Source: Botryllus schlosseri (lineage: Eukaryota). Taken from it: a stretch of DNA of 64,000 nucleotides. The stretch spans positions 19,408,001 to 19,472,000 of the forward strand of contig CM119372.1 of NCBI GenBank assembly GCA_051294905.1. Reading direction: 5' to 3'. Below the pieces are notes generated by a model that ran no database searches, was not told where the DNA came from, and saw only the letters and a list, made by a program, of their open reading frames with translations. This document shows, piece after piece, positions 28,739 to 39,657 of the stretch; position 1 is the first letter of the stretch, and the number at the start of each line of letters is the position of its first letter. The translations under genes and the position numbers were made by a program.

Positions 28739-31700
28739 CATAGGCGCCGACTTTTATTTTTTTTTACGAGGTGGCGAAGTATTGTGACGTCATAATTCTT
28801 CCATGCCGATGACGTCATCGCCGCACGTAAACGCACTTTACTGCATGCCGCTGGTGTACGTACAGAGTTGAACCATTCGCGTGACGTTTTAATATCAGCG
28901 TTGCTCTCAATAATATCAAACCATGCAGTCGAGTTATTAAATGGAATCTTAGAACGGTACGATCATTTGAAGTGTAACTGCGGCCTGCGCTACCTGTCCG
29001 TCCGACGGAACCTGCAGTTGCATCAATGTTATTCACGCGCAATGCCCAGTGTGACTAACGAAATACACTACGCATTGGCCTTGAAAGTAACACACGACAA
29101 CTCTCGAATACTTCAAGCAGACAATAATATAATGATTACAAACGCGAAATCGCGCGGCCAATCAGTAATTGTCTCTTGCGGTTTCTTGTTTCGCGTTGAC
29201 CAACTCGCATTGCGGCGACTGTTGGATGATTAAAACATTGATGCATTTCCCGATTTAAGTTCGCGAAGCATTTCAGGAGTTCATCGGGCAATTCGTAAAT
29301 TCAATCTCCATGTCGATGGCCGCCAACGCATACCAATGGAATCACGTGTTGACGGCCGCACAAATTTTGTTCTACCGCCGCGGGTTGGCCACCCTTGGGC
29401 TAGAATTAATTCCACTTTCGGACACATGCCGCGATCTTGCCAATAGAAATCCACTGTCTATCTAATGCCTAATAGTTTAATATTCAATAATGTTTTCTCG
29501 ATACGAGTACATCAAGCAATCAAGTTTATCGGAATGTAGAAGGTTCCCTGTTCAAACGAATCGAATAGAATCAGAATTTGTGCCACCCATAATCTTGTGA
29601 TACATCACGTTAATAATGAAAGGAAGACTGAAAAATGACTTTGTGTGACAATTTAGGAGTACAAATGTATCAAGTAGGTAACAAGAAATATCGATGATGG
29701 CAAATTAGAAAGCGTGTAATCTAATCAGTATCGCCACGAATCGGTTTTGAGTGTGACATCGTATTGATTAGCTTTCGCCGCGACAATTGTTTTGTCATTA
29801 TATCGGTGTTAAAGCTGTATTGCTGCATTTCCCGATTAATGTCACTGGCAGAGCTTTGTTAGAGAAACGAATCTGCGCAGAAATGAATTCCAATTTGCAG
29901 GCACACACCAACACACCCTCCAATTTCGCGCTCCGATTACCTATCACGAAGCTAGCTAGCTCATGAATGGTTTTGTAAACGGATATTGGTGCAAATAATT
30001 TAGATTTCAGAAGAGCAGAACGTATATTTGGGCGTCTGGTCAGCAGAGGATATCTAGGATCGTGCTTCTCAGCACACGCTAGGCGCGTAGCCAGTGAAAA
30101 ATTAGGGGATTTGGATTTTCTTTTCAAATTTATCAATATAGCATCAATTCAATTAGGGTCAAGTACATGTGTAATTGGCGATCATATAACCTCTCCGTAT
30201 CGACGATTTTAGGCGTATGATATGCTTGCCAAAGAGTCCTGGAGTGCTGTCAATTAGCGAGTCACAGATCTCTGGTGAACAAATAAATACGCGCGCGTAT
30301 TTCGCAGTCTCGGCTAGAGTTTTCGCAAATCAAAATGTCCGAACATGATGGCACCGATTTCAAACCTTTATCGTATTTCAGAACTCGAGACATGATACAC
30401 ATCTTCCGGTGGTTACGTTCAAGTATTAGCGGGAATCAATTTAGCACGTTAAAGTCTGTTTGCAGCGATTTGATGTTATTCACTTTCGCGATGTCGCTTT
30501 TTAACCAATATGACAATATGACGTAAAACAATCACTGATCAGCGTAAACTCGATCGCATTGTCTCGAAACCAGCGAGAAATCGGAGCCAAAGCATGCTAG
30601 ACCCGAGATGCGATAGTTAGGCATAGGCCAGCAATTATATCTTTCACTCCAGGCCTATTGCAGATGCTATTGTGTAGACCAGCGATGATATCGTGTACAC
30701 CAGGCCGAAGCCGCCAATGCAGATTCGATTGCGCAGTTAAGCGATGATATAGTGCAGGGGTCACCAACCCGGTGCCCGCGGGCCCCAGGTAGCCCGCGAG
30801 GACTAGATGAGTAGCCCGCGAGCCCGTTCTAAAAAAGGTGGAATAGCAGCATTTACCAATATTCGTCAGATATTGCCAGTGAGCTTTTAAATATAGAGAC
30901 TGATTGATTCACTATTCTTGTTTCAAATAAACTAACATGTAACTTACACACATAAACACTTGAAAATATCCTCAATTACAATTTGTAATATATAGATGTA
31001 TGTGTTAGAATCGCCAGAAATTGAAGCTACGGCGCCTATACAGGCGACATGACGGAATGCCATTCACCGTCTTCTTGAAATGGCGGGGGGTTCCGTTATG
31101 ATAGCTCGACGTCCAGGACTATGCCAAAGTAGTAAACAGTATTAGCCTACTATTCGGAGTTAGATGGCCGTGAAGTACTAGCAGATTTTCAATATCTGTA
31201 TATACCCATTACGTATTGCATCTTTTGACACAGCTTGTTTTTGGTACACTAAACGTAGTTTAGTATACCATGTTTCTAACTTTATGTAATCGTTGCTACT
31301 GTCCGGTATAATGAAATCTTGTCATTTCTGGATGCTGAACAGTTGGAGATTGAAATTGTAACACTGCAAAATGACCCCCCCCCCTCAGTCTGCAGCAAAC
31401 GTTTGGTGCATTGTTGATACGGAAAATTACAGTGGTGTATGCGCAGCAGCTATGAAGGTTGCAAGCGTCTATGGTTCAACTTATCGTTGTGAATCAGCCT
31501 TTTCGGACATGAACTTCATCAAAAACAAACACAAAACAAGCTTAATTAATGCACATCTGGAACACTCACTCAGAATTGCAGTGTCAAGTTACATACCAGA
31601 GTACAGCGCACTAGTTGATATCATACAATGTCAGGCTTCCCACTGACTGCTATAGAAACAGATAACATGATGTCCAGTCCTGCCCAGTGCTATGAATATC

Positions 31701-32319
31701 AAAGTGGAAATACGGTGTGGTACGGGTAAACGACGGGAGTAAATAGTAGCCCGCCGCTTCAATCATTACGCAAAAGTAGCTCTCGGTTGCAAAAAGGTTG
31801 GTGACCCCTGATATAGTGTGAACTGGGCCTATTGCAGATGCGATTGTTGAAGCCTGCGGAACCAGGCATGATCGAGACGCGATAAATCAGGCTAGCGACG
31901 ATTGCCACGCGCACGGGAATGAATGACCTAATTTCGTGACCATCTCAGCGGGAGATCATCACAGATTCGTCTCGCTAGTTGTCAACACGTTTCTCGCAAA
32001 TCCGTCGCGCGGAACACTGATTACACAGTTATTGAATTGCAACTGAATATTAGAGTTAGAATGATCATTTAAAACTGACGGGGTTGCGTGTTTCAAATAG
32101 GGAGTTCGACCTCCGAAACCCCGGTGGCTACGCGCCTGGCACACGCGCGTATCGAAATCAAAGACATCTCTAACGCGGTCGCATCGATTTGTCTTATTAC
32201 TAATTACTGGTCACAAATCACTTGGGCGTTTGAGCATTTTGTACGAGGTGGCCGCCACCTCGTAAATATGGTCACGAGGTGGCTGCGCCACCTCGTAACC
32301 TCGTAAGTCGGCGCCTATG
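28739..32319. mobile_element. 3.6-kb hAT-like non-autonomous element inserted in a SINE
   Basis: TIR cataggcgccgactt/aagtcggcgcctatg, perfect TSD gctgtgga; contains 30755-31810. Confidence 0.85.
30755..31810 (+). mobile_element. Buster/Charlie/SPIN-type hAT deletion derivative retaining the transposase C-terminal dimerisation domain
   Basis: TIR caggggtcaccaacc/ggttggtgacccctg, perfect TSD atatagtg; ORF 31371-31646 YGSTYRCESAFSDMNFIK...CQASH*. Confidence 0.9.
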
Positions 32320-32500
32320 GCTGTGGATTATACCACTACGCTATCTCGCCACTAACAGACGAGATATTCAAGCTTCAAATAAAGTATTTGTATATGTATG
32401 TAGCATACAATAAAAGATCTTTACAAATAAAGATGCTTATATCCTATATCTACCTTGGATTGGTGCCATTTGTACCCGCTTTGAAAAACGATTGATTTCT

Positions 32501-32927
32501 GGTGTCCGGTCAATACCGAGAAAACCATTACCGAGAATGCCATTACCAAGAATGGACACCACCGACAATGGACATTACCGAGAATGGACACCACAGAGAA
32601 TGGACATTACCGAGAATGGACACCACCGAGAATGAACATCACCGAGAATGCAATATATGCAATGCAGGCATGTTATGCATATGAACAGGTCGTGTGTGTG
32701 CACCACGGCGTTGTCACATTCGGTATCGATGCTCAGGTATAAATTTGTCGACAAGGTCAGTCCCAGTAAGCTATATTCTTGACATTGTCCATTCTCGGTA
32801 ATGTCCGTTCGCGGCGATATCGTTTCTCGGTAATGACCATTCTCGGAAATGTCAATTCTCGGTAATGTCCATTCTCGGTAAGGGCATTCTCGGTAATGTC
32901 CATTCTCGGTAATGGTTTTCTCGGTAA
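32501..32927. repeat. Inverted arrays of a 15-bp unit (ccgagaatggacatta-like); fold-back element
   Basis: Units on + at 32515-32650 and reverse-complement units at 32785-32927. Confidence 0.75.
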
Positions 32928-32939
32928 TAGTATAGATTA

Positions 32940-33243
32940 CAGTGGTCCCCAACCTGGGGGGCGCGCTCCCCTCGGAGGGGGGGGGCGTGAAAGCTCTGAA
33001 GGGGGGCGCGAAGAAGCGGTCAACTGAAAAAAATTTCGCGCTTTGCGCGATTTACCTCCAGTTCACGCGTATTTCTCTATATATACACCGAATTTCATAT
33101 TTTTTAATTCTCTCATCAACAGTTGTAACCTTCCATGCTAGCATCCCGGGCGGATTTTGTGATATGACAATAAGAGGGCGCGAAATTTTTCACTATCATA
33201 AAGGGACTGGGAGACGTGTTTAAAAAAAGGCTGGGAACCACTG
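32940..33243. mobile_element. Buster/Charlie-type hAT MITE
   Basis: Ends cagtggtccccaacc/ggctgggaaccactg; gtataga in both flanks. Confidence 0.7.
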
Positions 33244-33269
33244 GTATAGAACCTTGATTTCTGCGGTCA

Positions 33270-33890
33270 GTAAGTGTTACGACACAGTCAAAACCAATGT
33301 GATTTTTACGACTACGCAACTGCTCCCTTCAACGCGCAAAGACGTACTTTCTGCACTTCAACAAAGTAATTTAGTGTACGAATAAAAGTGCCACTGTGAT
33401 TGTGGCTACGTGTGCAGGAACGCATAAACCAGCATGCCCCTAGATTTATCAGAACACGTGCATCACGCTCGGTGAAAAGCTCGCCCTAAACTCATCCACT
33501 TAAGCTTGATGCTGACCGATCAAAGGCCATTAATTCTGCAATCGGCAAACATATGTTGAATAATCCGATTTGTGCGAATAATTATCGAGACGACAAATTT
33601 CGCGTTATTGAGAGGGGCCGCTCACACTTCCGCTTGTGTGCCTTGGAGTCGATTTTTATCAAAATACACCAGCCGAAACTCTGTCAACAAAAGGAGTTCG
33701 TGTACCATCTGGGAATAGTGCATTGAACGCTCTCCCCCGAGATTTCCCTGCCTCTCTCATTCGAAATTTCATGCTGGTGACGTCATATTTTGTGATACGA
33801 TTGTTGATATACAATGTTCTTTCCAATTCTCTACTAGTTGCTGACGATTACCACTGACGAGTGTCAGCCGAAAATGTTCGGGTTCATTTC
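33270..33890 (+). mobile_element. Penelope-like element 3' fragment (GIY-YIG endonuclease remnant)
   Basis: SNLVYE*KCHCDCGYV, RINQH, SAIGKHMLNNPICANNY...FRVIERGRSHFRLCALESIFIKIHQPKLCQQKEFVY, stop at 33724-33726. Confidence 0.75.
33850..33885 (+). ncRNA. Degenerate minimal hammerhead ribozyme candidate
   Basis: acca-CTGACGA-gtgtcagcc-GAAA-atgttc-gggt in the Penelope 3' region; core boxes present, stems weak. Confidence 0.35.
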
Positions 33891-33986
33891 AATATGAATA
33901 TACTATTCAATATGTAGCATTATATAAATGCACAACAAAAGCATAGAATAAATGTATGTGAACGAAAAGCGGGGAGATAGAGTTGC

Positions 33987-36900
33987 CTAGAATCGCTCTC
34001 CGTCAAATGCTTTGTTATCAAACTCCTCACTAAAGGAATCTTCGACTTTTTTACTCATATTCTTACAAATGGGTTTTGCCTGGCCTATTAGTTGTTCCAG
34101 GAACATCATACCGATACAAGCACCAAGTGAAAATATAGCGGTAAAAACAATCATGGCGTTTGTTCGATCGTAAGTCAAATCAGCTTTCTCGAAGAGGTAC
34201 GATACAAATATCATTAGCGTATATATTACCATAGAACCGCATAAATATAAGATCTGTTTAATTGGGGACGGGTGCACATAGGTTTTCGAACCTCTGCCAG
34301 AATCATCACTCATGGTTTCGGGCTTCAAGCATAATTGGATTCGTATGAATATGTACAGCAAAAACCACGACAAAATCGCTTGTGGATAAATTTGGCAAGG
34401 TATAAAAATCATGTCCAGCATCCTTGAAAACCCGCTGACACCTTCTCTGCCAGCAACTATTGTTGCACATAGTGCTATCACGCTCGACAGAAACAGGATC
34501 GGTGGTAATACCCGGAACCAAGCGGAAATCTTTTTCCAGAATGGAAGATTAAATATCTGCGATTGAAATCAGATGATCGATGATCAGCAGAACAAAACAG
34601 TGTCACTGTATTATTACGTTCTGTACCTGAGTGAAAGCAAAAATAAATCCGAATCCAAAAGTGAATATCGGCCATAAATCGCTCCTGCTTGGCAATTGTG
34701 GGTCTCCCGTTTGAATAGCGATTGTGGTCGCATGGAAGAACACCCAGCACTCATTCAGGAGCCGCCAATATCTTCAAAATATCATAGATACATCCGATTA
34801 CAGAATGCATATCATAATACGTATCATATACCACCTGTTCAGATGTATTTCTGTAAAAGCAAGACTGCCTTGTAGTAGCACGATGGCTGTATGAAAAAAT
34901 CCAAGTGTATGACCCCAAGTATTTTCCATCGGATGGTACCAGAAGGTATAGATGCACGCCCAGGCGAATGCATACCCGTGATATCTAATTGTGGAAAAGT
35001 TATTATAACAGTGCGATGATCTACATGTCTATAAGCCTACCATACTTTCTAACTAGCTGGAGAGGCCCGGGATTCAATCGCAGTTTATTTGTGATTGTTC
35101 CTGTAGATTCTTCATTAGGCCACATCAACACCAAGCCCCGGTTTCTATACTCGATAAGTAGGATGAAGCATATCATCATGATGACAGATGCCTTAAAATA
35201 GAACTGTCAATGCCATAGTTCGAGCTCTATACTACAAGTAGTGAGCATAGCGAAATGAACCTGAGAGCTGGACATGGCGACGTCTTGAGCAGTAGCGTCA
35301 TACGTTGTGTGGGTTTGGACAAGATGTAGCACGTGGAATATTCCATTGACGAACAGCATTCCCCAGTTGAACCATCTCAATTCCGTGCTGAATTATGAAG
35401 ATAAACATCTCGATAGTTTTGTTATGCTCCTGTATTGAGGCGGTTTATACCATAACTGTTGAGTCGGAAGCAGAGTATCGAGTAGGAAGTCAGGAATCGG
35501 GACATTTCAGGTCACTTGAGAGTCCCACTTCTCAATTTGTGCTAGTCAAGAGTCGGGCTGGGATTCACGAAATTAGGAGGCATCGGAATTTTTGGTCCTG
35601 GAACGTTTTGAGCAGGAGTCGGAGTCGTTGAGATAATTAATAAAGAGTAGCGGCAGAATGCCGCCGATTCCTATTGATAACACCATGAACTCACTTGCCA
35701 AACATATACTTTGTAGCAGTTGTGTTGCAAGACCAAATATCAAGTTAATGATTGGTAACGCGGAAGGCGTGACTTATCAATAATGTTTCCTATCCAAATA
35801 TTTTCCAGTTATTGAATAAATATAGTCCAAAATATTAAAGCGCAAAGTACGGACATGTATATTTTGTAGTATTTTCGCTACTATCTTCTCATTTTAACCA
35901 ATGTTGGGATCAAGGCACTGCCTTCGAGTCACGAGTCCTTTCGAGTGATTGCACATTTTGAGTCGACTCAAGTCAAGTCAATCGATTTTCGAAGGTGACT
36001 CGAGTCAAGTCAAGTCACTCTATTTTTGGAGGTGACTCGAGTCAAGTCGAGTCAAGTCAAGTCAAGTCACTAGTCAGTCACAATTCAAGTCAAGTTGCTT
36101 TTTCGAAGTACGAGGCATGATTACGCCACTGTATTGTGCTAGCTTTGTGTGAAATTCAGATTGAGTGGTCATTGATTCTGAAGCGATGAACGAATATATA
36201 GTTAAATATACACGCAAGAAAGTGCTGCCTCGCTCACATATACGTACAATTGTTGCATTGCCTTATTCTATATAGTTACCAGCCAAAATAGAGAATAGAG
36301 AAACAAATTGATTAAGGTGCAATGCATTACCCATTTATCCATATTGACATGATACAATTCGAGTCTGCGCCAATGGTTGAGAAGTATATAGACTATATAT
36401 ATTCGAATTCATTTTCAATAAAACAAGAGGTTTGGTTGAGATAAGAACAGAGATAAGAAAAATATATTTTGCAATTAAATTACTTACTACTTGTTCACGA
36501 CAACGTAGGCTGTAAGCTTCGATCACTTCGTTTGTGGTCAATTAATTTGTGAGAGAACAATGGAGGCTCAGCAAAACGCACGATCATTGAATGATTGGTC
36601 GCTCTCACTGGTTACACTAGCGTTTCGCAAACAATCCGAACATATGCAAGATACATTGATTTTATCGACACCGATTACTTGATTGTATGATTCTTCCATT
36701 GCAGACAAAATTAATTTTCAAAAATTCTTTTTCCATGTTTTATCAATCCTCTAGGTATATCGGCCTCTCGCATAACAACAACAACAACAACAACAACAAC
36801 ACAAACAACAACAACAACAAGGCTGATAACGTACGTCCACTTATATACCGACCTGTATGGATCGTAATTTCCGGCATCTCGCTGTTGAGTTACAGAAAGT

Positions 36901-38196
36901 TGTGCACGATAAATAAGTCCCCATATGAAAATCTGATGAAGGGAATACAATAACCAAACCACTGCCCGCGTGGTAGCGGTCACCTCGTTCGGCGGTAGCT
37001 TCCAGTAATACCAAGTAGAAGTACAATCCTCCCCGCTACGTCCTGGTCAAAATGGTAGGATATCAAATATAGTGAAGCAGTCGGTATTGCTACTCGAGTA
37101 CAAGTACAAGCAAGCCGTAAATGTTTACCTGATACAAAAATAAGTAGCGATTCACTAGACGTTCTAAAACTACTACTTATAAATTAAAGGTTTGAAAAGT
37201 ACTAAGTAAGCAGTTTTGAAAACTAAATTGGATCTAGATGTCACATAAATTTAGTATAGTAAATTAAAAAGTTTTTATTGCAAGATCCATATCCGTGACA
37301 ACGCAAAATGACTGATTATACTTCACTAATAAAGGGGTTATCAAAATACATATCCTGGCAACTTGATACATGAGACTATTACGCCCAGTACATATGATTA
37401 TTTCACTCAAAAGAGTGACAAACCCAACTCCAAAATTACTTTCTACTAGTGCGGAGTAGATCGACTTATTAGCTGGTCCCACTCCGATCCTGTTTCCAAT
37501 TCTCCGGTCCGGCTCCAGATAAAAATGAAAAAGTCCGGCTTGATATCCAATTCGGCTTCGGTTCATGCTGCACCCTACACGGTACGGTGGTTCCGGGAAT
37601 TTATAAATATGAATCGTTTTGTTTTTGCACTGGCTTGGTGGTTACTCGCGTGTGGTTGGTTGGTAGTTATTTAGTTACAAAAGTCATGCTTATCAATAAA
37701 GATTCTAGCCGGATCAAAAAAGTACTGATTTGGCTCCGATCCAGCTCCGGCCGTATCCGAAAAAGTACTGATCCGGTTTTGGCAAGAATTGAAAAAATCC
37801 GACCGGATATCCAATCTGGCTCCGGTCGATGCTCCGCACTACTTTCTACTTCACTGATCCGCTGTGACAACCTCACACAAAGGAGGAGCTAATGGACTCT
37901 GTCGCTGTAACATGGGATTAGTACCTGGAATTGAAGTGTCATTACATCCATATGGCTCCGACATCAGACGTTCTTGACTGTTATTAGAAGCGTTGTGAGT
38001 ATATCCTGATAGAGCTTGCCATCCCTCCAGGTTTCCTAAACAACAAGCAAATATTGACAGAGTCTACTACTATCTCAACGCGGAAAGTCATCTTCCACTT
38101 TCAAGCCTACTCACCCCACAACCACATCATGCCAAGCAGAAAAATGATAAACGTAAGTCCAGACAGTAATGCGACGACATCTTGCCTTACCGCCAT
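33987..38196 (-). CDS. Spliced gene (8 coding exons, 506 aa): uncharacterised His-rich multipass membrane protein
   Basis: Coding exons on minus: 38115-38196, 37925-38035, 36853-37042, 35261-35387, 35046-35191, 34835-34984, 34627-34771, 33987-34556. All introns are GT-AG and phase-compatible; total 1521 nt with no internal stop; in-frame TAG two codons before the ATG. Protein: MAVRQDVVALLSGLTFIIFLLGMMWLWG...WYYWKLPP...LYSLHQIFIWGLIYRAQ...FHVLHLVQTHTTYDATAQD...RKYHGYAFAWACIYTFWYHPMENTWGH...IHLNRYW...WPIFTFGFG...FDNKAFDGERF. Many hydrophobic segments. ORF-track entries 36711..36983 and 33987..34481 are parts of it. Confidence 0.9.
35899..36690 (+). mobile_element. Truncated GACTC-family element in intron 3 of the membrane-protein gene
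   Basis: Left end caatgttgggatcaaggcac with gactcgagtcaagtc arrays; internal similarity to 7776-9115; right TIR missing. Confidence 0.7.
36774..36820 (+). repeat. (CAA)n microsatellite in intron 3 of the membrane-protein gene
   Basis: Directly visible. Confidence 0.95.
37447..37841. mobile_element. hAT MITE, CCGGAT-motif family, in intron 2 of the membrane-protein gene
   Basis: TIR tagtgcggag/ctccgcacta, perfect TSD ctttctac. Confidence 0.9.
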
Positions 38197-39049
38197 TATC
38201 TAATACTTGCAAATATTATAAATATATTCTCAATATTGCCAAAGAATACCTGAAAAGGTTAGTTAAAATGCATCAAAATCCGGTTCCAGCTGAAGTCCCA
38301 CGTTGAAGTGCCGTTCGATAAATAAAAAACCGGCTTTAGCCTACAGCTAACATCTGTATAACCCTGAGCACGATTACGCAGAATAACAGCCTAAAAGCTG
38401 TACCTAACACTGCCTTGACGATAGCACTAGTCGCTTACCATGGTGCTTCAATATATCGCGGTAACAAGCGATAAAGCGGTATTGCTTGTAGTATCACCAA
38501 ATTCACCCGATTTTAACCCTCGCGTGAATTTATCTGGACAAGACTGTAATTTATCAAAATATGTCGCTTTGTAGGTACGTTATAATTTACTTGACAAATC
38601 ATTACGATATATAGTCGAATACTCTTGCAACCGACCATGTATATCGACTTGATGTATGTCGACTTGATCACTTTAGCAGCCAGTCGGCTCATTTGGGCAC
38701 TTTATCCTGCTCTTGCGTTTAGCCTATTGTTAGCAAATCAACTGAGAAACCTTTATATCTGAGGATGGTCTTATTGGCTGCAATGTCTCTGATAAAAGTA
38801 ATAATACCTTATTCTTACGTCAGTTTGCTACGGGTTTTGTTCAAAGTTAACCCAGCCATAGCTCTTATCGCTTGAAATGACAACGCACAGACGTATACAA
38901 ATGTTTTGTTTGTTCTTTCATTCGAGGAATTGTCGCTTATAAACTCCGTGGACATTTGAACCCGTACTTAAAGTTCATTAACATCAATCTTTGTGAAGCC
39001 TTTATCAGTCGTGTTACGGTCAACTTCAATTCACGCGATCTCTCATCAT

Positions 39050-39118
39050 CACGCCGGGATCGGAACCACTCCCGTCGGTGGCGTGACGCTGGTGCTTAAC
39101 CAACTACGCCACTCGCCT
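39050..39118 (-). mobile_element. tRNA-like SINE head fragment
   Basis: Minus strand TGGCGTAGTTGG (A box) and GGTTCCGATCCC (B-box-like). Confidence 0.4.
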
Positions 39119-39657
39119 CCCCCAAATGTCATGTAACATCTCGTTGATATTGCGCTGGGAAAAATCGATTCGATCTCGATTTGAGCATAGCAGGGGTCGA
39201 GAACCTTTCTCGCCAAAAGAGCCGTATGGGCCCAATATTTCCAATTGCAACTTATAAAAAGAAATACGACGATGCTCACCAATAGCTACGTCACAATTGA
39301 ATATTTATGACGTCATTCTAGCCGGCAACCCCCCAATTTCTGCGCGGGAGAGGGTACAATTGCCCATCTCGACAAGCACTGGTCGTAGAGTGATGATATA
39401 TAGCTCAAAAGCTGCAGAAACATCATGTTTATATCTGTCCTAAGGAAAAAGTTTTCTCTATTGTGAACACAAAACGAGTTACAGTTAAAAAACACTAAAA
39501 TATTAAAGCGGGTAAATGGCGGGAGTAACTATGTTACATGTTAGTGGGATTTACACAAGAACAGCAAAATAAAGCAATCTCATTATGTAAAAGCTCACTG
39601 GTAAGGGCTGTTACTCCATATATTTTTAGAACAGGCCCGCTGGCGATTCATCTGGGC

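Larger units (their letters stand above)
28500..32352 (-). mobile_element. tRNA-derived SINE (family 1), split by the 28739-32319 insertion
   Basis: Rejoined minus strand: ggcgagaTAGCGTAGTGG (A box)...GGTTCGAGTCC (B box)...accatgaatacca-(caa)n tail. Other copies at 11960-13587 (split), 27100-27345 and 58225-58450. Confidence 0.75.

Noticed and set aside
38819..38955. Minus-strand ATG-initiated stretch (MSTEFISD...) ending at a gtaaga donor
   Set aside because: Not included in the CDS because an in-frame stop precedes the ATG at 38196; at most a 5' UTR exon or uORF.
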